A stretch of 64,000 bases of DNA from an uncultured Myxococcales bacterium. Lineage in GTDB: Bacteria; Myxococcota_A; UBA9042; GCA-2863065. The stretch is from contig CAZJHX010000029.1 of NCBI GenBank assembly GCA_964545715.1, forward strand, positions 6,215 to 70,214, given 5' to 3'. Under the pieces are notes generated by a model. That model was given only the letters and a program-made list of their open reading frames with translations, ran no database searches and was not told the DNA's origin. Positions 59,182-64,000 of the stretch are shown here, piece by piece. The position numbers were made by a program, and so were the translations under genes. Each line of letters starts with the position of its first letter. The first letter of the stretch is position 1.

Positions 59182-62100
59182 GTGGCTGATCAGCCCCAAG
59201 CACTGCCCACCGAAGCCGCGGCGACGGCCCTCGCCGGCCGCCTGGCCGACGCGGATCCAGCCGTTCGCCGCGCTGCAGGGGACGCATTGGCCCTGTTTGG
59301 CGCCCACGGACTGGCGCGGCTGAAGGAGGGCCTGGCCCACGAGACGGCCGAGGCCCGCGAGGCCGCGGCCGGGGCGATCGGGCGCGGCGCGCTGAAGGAT
59401 GCGCTGGGCGACGTGGTGGCCGCGTTTACCGACGGTGCGGCGTCCGTGCGCCTGGCCGCTATCACGTCGGCGGCGCAGCTTTCGGGCGGTGGCGATGGCC
59501 TGAAGCAGGTCCTGGTCGATGACGACGACCCCGATGTGCGACGCGCCGCGGCTCACGCGCTCGCGACGGTGGCCCCCGACGGGACGGAGCCGGCGCTGAT
59601 CGCGGCGCTGGGCGATGAGGCGGTTCGTCAGACTGCGCTGGCTTCTCTGGATACGATCGGCTGGGTCCCCGACTCGGCGATTGGAGAGGCGATTCTGGCC
59701 ATGGCTCGGCGGGATTGGGCGGCGCTGGTGGCGCTGGGCGACACCTCGGTGCCGCTGCTTGAGCGGGCGCTGTCGGATCGCTCGCCGGACAAGGGCAGCG
59801 TGCTGCTGCGGGCATCGATGATCGAGGCGCTGGGCAAGATCGGCAGCGCGGACGCGACTCGCGCGGTCGAGGCCTGCCTGAACGACATCGGCGGACCGGC
59901 ACGGGCGCAGGCGACCCGGGAGATTGGCCGGCTGCACGCCCACGCGGCCAGGGGCACGGGTGCTGTGCTTCAGGCGTTGCTACGCGACGATCCGCAGGGG
60001 CGGGTGCGCGTCGGGGCCGCGACCGCGCTGGGCATGATGCGATACACGGCCGCCACCGACGACCTGCGCACGGCGGCAGAGGGCGACACCGAGCCGACGG
60101 TGCGACTGGCCGCCGCGGAGGCGCTAGCCGGCATCGGCGAGACCGGGCTGCTGGTTGACCAGCTGAAGAGCACGTCCCACGAGGTGCGACGCCGAGCGGC
60201 GGTCAAGCTGGGTGAGCTGGAAGCGGCCGAGGCGATCGACCCGCTGATCGGCGCTCTTGGCGACGCCTACGCGACGGTGCGAGCGGCTGCCTTTGAGGCG
60301 CTGCGGCGCATTGGCTGGACACCCGTGGGCGTGAAGCGCGACCCGGACGACCCACGCTATTCGCGTTGGATGACGCGGGCGGAGCAGGAGGCCCGAACCG
60401 GGATCACGGCGGCAGACCAGGGCAAGATGCTGGCCAGTGACCTGGCTGCCGACGATCCGCTGGTGCGGCAGGCGGCGCTGGAGGCGCTGGCGATGCGCCA
60501 CGATCCAAAGCTGGCGGCGCTGGCGACGCCGATGTTGGAGGATCCGGTTCTTCAGGTGCGGGAGGCAGCCGCCGAGACGCTCCAGACGCTGGACGCCGTC
60601 CCGACGGACGGGGCCGCCGGCGCAGCCTGGAAGATCGCCATGCGCGATATGCAGGGCGCGGCGATGATGGGCGAGGTGGCCAAGCCCGCGCTACTGCGTG
60701 TGCTGCGCGACAACGACTCTGACGACCGCGCAGAGGCGGTGCGGACGCTGGCGATGCTGGGCGGCGAGGACGCGGAGGATGCGCTGATCACCGCGTTGGT
60801 GGATCCCACGCCGTTCGTGCGGGTGAACGCGGCGCTGTCGCTGGGGATCGCAGGCGGGAAGCGCGCGGTGCCGGCCCTGGCGCCGCTGCTGGCCAACGAT
60901 CACTCCACGGTGCGCACCGCGGTGGGCCGCACGCTGTCGACGATGGGCAAGTCGGGACTCGAGGCGCTGGTCGCTGCGCTGTCACATGATGCGGACGTCG
61001 CTCGAGCGGCGGCGGCGCGCGCGCTGAAGACAGCAGGCGAGGACGCCAACGCAGCGGCGGGCAAGCTGATGGGCCTGTTGGCGGGCGATCTCAGCGAGAG
61101 CGTGAGGGTTGCCGCGGCGGAGGCGCTGGCCGGCATGCCGGGGCCGTACCCCACCCTGTCGGTGGCCGCGCTGCGGGACGACTCCTGGCGGGTGCGACAG
61201 AAAGCGGCGGCGGCGCTGGGCACGACGGCGCCGGAGGGAGCCGCCGAGGTGCTGGTGCGCTGTCTGGGCGACAGCTACTCAGGCGTGCGGACGGCGGCGC
61301 TCAAAGCGCTGGACCAGGTCGGCTGGAAGCCCGAGGGCGACGTCGGCGACGCGATGGTCCGACTGGCCCAGGAGGACTGGCGCGGGCTGGCGCGCGTCGG
61401 GCCGGCGGCGATCGACCTGCTCGGCCAGACCTTGATCGAGAAGGGGCCCGACAAGATCGCCGTGGAGCGGCGGGTGCGCGCTATCGAGACGGTCGAGGCG
61501 ATCGGATTGGAGCACTCGCCTCCCGGCCTGGCTGACGCGCTGCGACCGACGCTGGACGACGTCGCCGGGCCGGTGCGCGCCGTGGCTGCCCGTGCGTGCG
61601 GGCGGCTGGGCTTGACCGAGCTGGGGCCGCGGCTGCTGGAGATGGCGGCGGAGGATCCGCACGAATACGCCCAGGTCTGCGCGGCAGCGGGGCTGGGACG
61701 CGCCGGTAACGACACCATGGCCGAGAAGCTGCACGAGATCGCGACGACAGCGGTATCTCCCAATGTCCGCCTGGCAGCGTGTCGGGCGCTGGCAGGGCCC
61801 GCGGTCGGGGATATCGCGCTGCTGATCGTGGCGCTGCGCGCGCCCGAGCCGGAGGTGCGCCAGGCGGCCGCGAAGGACCTGGGAGAGATCGGCAACCAGC
61901 AGGCAATCGAGCCGCTGATCGACACGCTGGGGGACGCCGTGGCGTGGGTGCGGGCGGCGGCACGCACCTCCCTGGAGCAGCTCGGATGGCAGCCGGTTGG
62001 GATCAAGGCGGAAGGAGCGGCCGGCTATCGGCGGTGGCTCACACTGCGCGAGATTGGCGGAGACGGGGACAACGCGGTCGATCAGGGCGCGCTGTTGATC

Positions 62101-63918
62101 GAGGCGCTGACGCACGCGCTGCCGGAGGTGCGACGCGGGGCGCTGGAGGCGCTGGGGGACCGAGGAGAGGCCGCGTGCGCAAAGGCGATCCTACCGCTGT
62201 TGGACGACGTGGAGCAGATGGTGCGGCGCGAGGCCGGTCTGACGCTGCAGGCGTTGAAGGCGCTGCCGAAAAGTGGACACGCCAGTGCAGCCGCGTTGGT
62301 CGCCCTGGGACGGATGAGCGACGCGGTCGCGCTGGGTAAGGACGCTGTGCCCTCGCTGCTGCGCGCGCTGGCTGAGCACGGGCCGGAGGACAGGGAGGCC
62401 GTTGTCTCGGCGCTGGCCGGCACCGCGGACAAGGGCGCGATCACGGCGGTGGTGGGAGCGCTGGCGGATGACGTCGCGGCGGTCCGTGCGGCGGCGGTAG
62501 TGAGCTACGCGGACAGCGCAGGCGAGAAGGGCGTCGACAAGCTGGCCGCGCTGATCGCGGACTCGGACGACAGAGTGAGAGCGACCTGCGCAACGACGCT
62601 GGCCGGACTGGGCAAGAAGGGCGTGGAGGCGCTAAAGACCGCGCTGGCCGAGGGCGACGGGGATGTGCGCGTGGCCGTGATACGGGCCATCGGGGCGCTG
62701 GAGAAGCCGGGGCCAAAGCTGATCACCGCCATCGCCAAGCGCGTGCGGGCCGACACCGACGCCGACGTGCGGGTGGCCGCGATCGTCGTACTGACCGGCG
62801 CGATCGGCGTCAACGCGCTGGACGTACTGGCAGAGCGACTGCGTGAAGACGAGTCGTTCCTGGTGCGGGAGGCGGCGGCGACCGCGATCGGCGACGTCAA
62901 TCCCAAGGGCATCGCCGAGCTGCTGGTGCCCGCGCTGGGCGACGAATACAGCGAGGTGCGCGAAGCGGCGCTGACCGGGCTGGCGGCATCGGGCTGGGAG
63001 CCTCAGGACGGCGTTACAAGAGCGACGCTGGCCCTGGCGGCGCAGGACTTTGCGACGCTGGCCACGATCGGAGCGGACGCGGCGCCGCTGATCGTCCAGA
63101 TGCTGACGGAGAAGTCGAGCGCTCCCGACGCCCAGAAGAAGCGCGCCGAGGCGGTCCGGTGCCTGGGCAAGATAGGCGGCCCGGTCGCGGAGGGCGCGGT
63201 GCTGGAGGGGTTTGAAGACCCATCGGCGCGGGTGCGCGCGGCGGCGGCGGACGCGTCTGCGTGGCTTGGCCTGAAGGCGGCGGCGGATGCGCTGATCGCA
63301 GCGCTGGAGGGCGACAGCGACTACCGGGCGCGCGCTCGTGCGGCCAGCGCCATCGGGGTGCTGGGCCTCGTGGAGGCCGCGCCGGTGCTGTCCCTTGCGG
63401 CGAGCCAGGACGATGATCCGACGGTGCGCAGCGCCGCGGCGATCGCGCTTGCCGGACCGGGGATAGGTGACCTCGAGCGGCTGATCCATCAACTCGGTGA
63501 CAGCGACGCCAACGTGCGACAGGAGGCGGCCCTGGAGCTGGGCCGGCTGGGCAACCCACGCGCGCTCGACCCGCTGATCAGCGCGCTGTCCGACGCCTAC
63601 TCTCCCGTGCGCACCGCGGCCAAAGAGTCGCTGAGCAAGCTGGACTGGGTCCCGTTTGGCGCGCGACGCACGCCTCAGTCCAAGGGCTATGACCGGTGGG
63701 TCCTGCGCCAGGAGCTCCTGCCCAAGGACGAGACGACGCCTCAATTGGACGTACTGATCGGCGCCATCAACCTGCCGGACCCCACCTTGCGGCGGGCGGT
63801 GGCCGAGGCCTTCGGGTTGCGAGGCGACAAGTCCGCGGCCAAGCACCTCAAGCAGATGCTCAAGGACGCCGACCCCGCGGTCATCGAGGTCGCCAAGGCC
63901 GCACTCGACTCTCTATAG
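59182..63918 (+). CDS. HEAT-repeat protein, 1,578 aa, continuing the same repeat array (more diverged terminal units)
   Basis: GTG at 59182 directly abuts TAA of the giant ORF, in the same reading frame. A purine-rich stretch (aagggg aag aag aag) 4-18 nt upstream could act as SD. Translation is again D-P-x-x-x-V-R-x-A-A HEAT units. Contains the array signatures at unchanged spacing (…IDPLIGALGDAYATVRAAAFEALRRIGWTPVGVKRDPDDPRYSRWMTRAEQEARTG at about 60250-60400; …GYRRW at 62023; …GYDRW at 63685). TAG stop at 63916..63918. Confidence 0.7.
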   Translation: MADQPQALPTEAAATALAGRLADADPAVRRAAGDALALFGAHGLARLKEGLAHETAEAREAAAGAIGRGALKDALGDVVAAFTDGAASVRLAAITSAAQLSGGGDGLKQVLVDDDDPDVRRAAAHALATVAPDGTEPALIAALGDEAVRQTALASLDTIGWVPDSAIGEAILAMARRDWAALVALGDTSVPLLERALSDRSPDKGSVLLRASMIEALGKIGSADATRAVEACLNDIGGPARAQATREIGRLHAHAARGTGAVLQALLRDDPQGRVRVGAATALGMMRYTAATDDLRTAAEGDTEPTVRLAAAEALAGIGETGLLVDQLKSTSHEVRRRAAVKLGELEAAEAIDPLIGALGDAYATVRAAAFEALRRIGWTPVGVKRDPDDPRYSRWMTRAEQEARTGITAADQGKMLASDLAADDPLVRQAALEALAMRHDPKLAALATPMLEDPVLQVREAAAETLQTLDAVPTDGAAGAAWKIAMRDMQGAAMMGEVAKPALLRVLRDNDSDDRAEAVRTLAMLGGEDAEDALITALVDPTPFVRVNAALSLGIAGGKRAVPALAPLLANDHSTVRTAVGRTLSTMGKSGLEALVAALSHDADVARAAAARALKTAGEDANAAAGKLMGLLAGDLSESVRVAAAEALAGMPGPYPTLSVAALRDDSWRVRQKAAAALGTTAPEGAAEVLVRCLGDSYSGVRTAALKALDQVGWKPEGDVGDAMVRLAQEDWRGLARVGPAAIDLLGQTLIEKGPDKIAVERRVRAIETVEAIGLEHSPPGLADALRPTLDDVAGPVRAVAARACGRLGLTELGPRLLEMAAEDPHEYAQVCAAAGLGRAGNDTMAEKLHEIATTAVSPNVRLAACRALAGPAVGDIALLIVALRAPEPEVRQAAAKDLGEIGNQQAIEPLIDTLGDAVAWVRAAARTSLEQLGWQPVGIKAEGAAGYRRWLTLREIGGDGDNAVDQGALLIEALTHALPEVRRGALEALGDRGEAACAKAILPLLDDVEQMVRREAGLTLQALKALPKSGHASAAALVALGRMSDAVALGKDAVPSLLRALAEHGPEDREAVVSALAGTADKGAITAVVGALADDVAAVRAAAVVSYADSAGEKGVDKLAALIADSDDRVRATCATTLAGLGKKGVEALKTALAEGDGDVRVAVIRAIGALEKPGPKLITAIAKRVRADTDADVRVAAIVVLTGAIGVNALDVLAERLREDESFLVREAAATAIGDVNPKGIAELLVPALGDEYSEVREAALTGLAASGWEPQDGVTRATLALAAQDFATLATIGADAAPLIVQMLTEKSSAPDAQKKRAEAVRCLGKIGGPVAEGAVLEGFEDPSARVRAAAADASAWLGLKAAADALIAALEGDSDYRARARAASAIGVLGLVEAAPVLSLAASQDDDPTVRSAAAIALAGPGIGDLERLIHQLGDSDANVRQEAALELGRLGNPRALDPLISALSDAYSPVRTAAKESLSKLDWVPFGARRTPQSKGYDRWVLRQELLPKDETTPQLDVLIGAINLPDPTLRRAVAEAFGLRGDKSAAKHLKQMLKDADPAVIEVAKAALDSL

Positions 63919-63951
63919 GTTGCGCCATCGAAAACCGCTCCGCGGAAAAAC

Positions 63952-63972
63952 AAACCCTGGTCTTCTGGGTTT
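63952..63972 (+). terminator. Weak candidate hairpin downstream of the HEAT-gene pair (aaaccc-tggtcttct-gggttt)
   Basis: 6-bp perfect inverted repeat with 9-nt loop, 34 nt after the TAG, followed by ttcg (no real U-tract). Only 82 nt of downstream sequence is visible. Confidence 0.2.
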
Positions 63973-64000
63973 CGACGATAGTGATCGGCGGGTTCGTCCT

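Larger units (their letters stand above)
15016..63918 (+). repeat. Coding tandem super-repeat array: about 29 half-units (1,644-1,962 nt each; pairs give a ~3.45-3.6 kb period), spanning the 3' 44 kb of the giant ORF and all of the downstream ORF
   Basis: First codon of the anchor motif G-Y-[SAGQ]-R-W found in frame at 15016, 16711, 18367, 20149, 21835, 23722, 25378, 27214, 28873, 30718, 32374, 34207, 35866, 37819, 39484, 41386, 43045, 45007, 46663, 48406, 50062, 51775, 53473, 55183, 56866, 58510, then in the next ORF at 60352, 62023, 63685. Spacings alternate between a near-constant unit (1656, 1656, 1659, 1656, 1659, 1665, 1659, 1656, 1656 nt) and a variable unit (1713-1962 nt) that carries the Lys-rich linker. 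Copies are diverged (about 80-85% nt identity in the most conserved blocks), not recent duplicates. Confidence 0.85.

Noticed and set aside
7120-59181. Giant ORF as a PKS/NRPS megasynthase (the usual explanation for >30-kb genes in high-GC bacteria)
   Set aside because: No KS (DTACSSS), AT (GHSxG), ACP/PCP (DSL/GGHSL), C (HHxxxDG) or A-domain (SGTTGxPKG) motifs anywhere. Composition and periodicity are purely HEAT-like.
15016-63918. The 1.66/3.5-kb periodicity as a CRISPR array, rDNA, IS or other non-coding tandem repeat
   Set aside because: The repeats are in-frame coding units of a single ORF and diverged at the nt level. There are no short direct repeats with unique spacers, no terminal inverted repeats and no transposase-like ORF.

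Overview
Very GC-rich (about 70%+) bacterial window with two unequal parts.

Part A (1-6977, all minus strand): six ordinary-looking genes. In order along the minus strand these are an outer-membrane beta-barrel-like protein, MoeA, a secreted lipoprotein with two tandem PPC-like domains, an orphan phage/contractile-injection-system spike (gpV/gp5-like), a MATE efflux transporter, and a Cys-rich lipoprotein cut by the window edge. Two gene junctions are 4-nt start/stop overlaps. The spike stop overlaps the MATE start, so the two genes appear translationally coupled.

Part B (7120-63918, plus strand): after a 142-bp divergent intergenic region, one uninterrupted 52,062-nt ORF (7120-59181, 17,353 aa) composed end to end of PBS-lyase-type HEAT repeats. 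An in-frame TAA is followed with zero spacer by GTG and a further 1,578-aa HEAT-repeat ORF (59182-63918).

Structure of the solenoid: it is built from about 29 tandem half-units, anchored by a recurring Trp motif (G-Y-S-R-W) every 1,644-1,962 nt. Nine of the half-units are almost exactly 1,656-1,665 nt long despite roughly 15-20% nucleotide divergence between copies. Seven consecutive central units, plus the C-terminal tail, carry Lys/Pro/Ala/Glu-rich, histone-H1-like linkers. These linkers contain in-frame codon microsatellites: (AAG)9, (AAGACC)5 and a 24-nt perfect tandem duplication.

Interpretation: no signal peptide, TM segment or catalytic motif is visible in the solenoid. It looks like a cytoplasmic mega-scaffold (about 1.8-2.0 MDa) that I cannot assign to any named family. 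This giant repeat gene, and its possible split by a single TAA, is the main candidate for a novel system.

RNA genes and CRISPR: no rRNA, tRNA or CRISPR recognised. Long antisense ORFs over the giant gene are GC-driven shadows.
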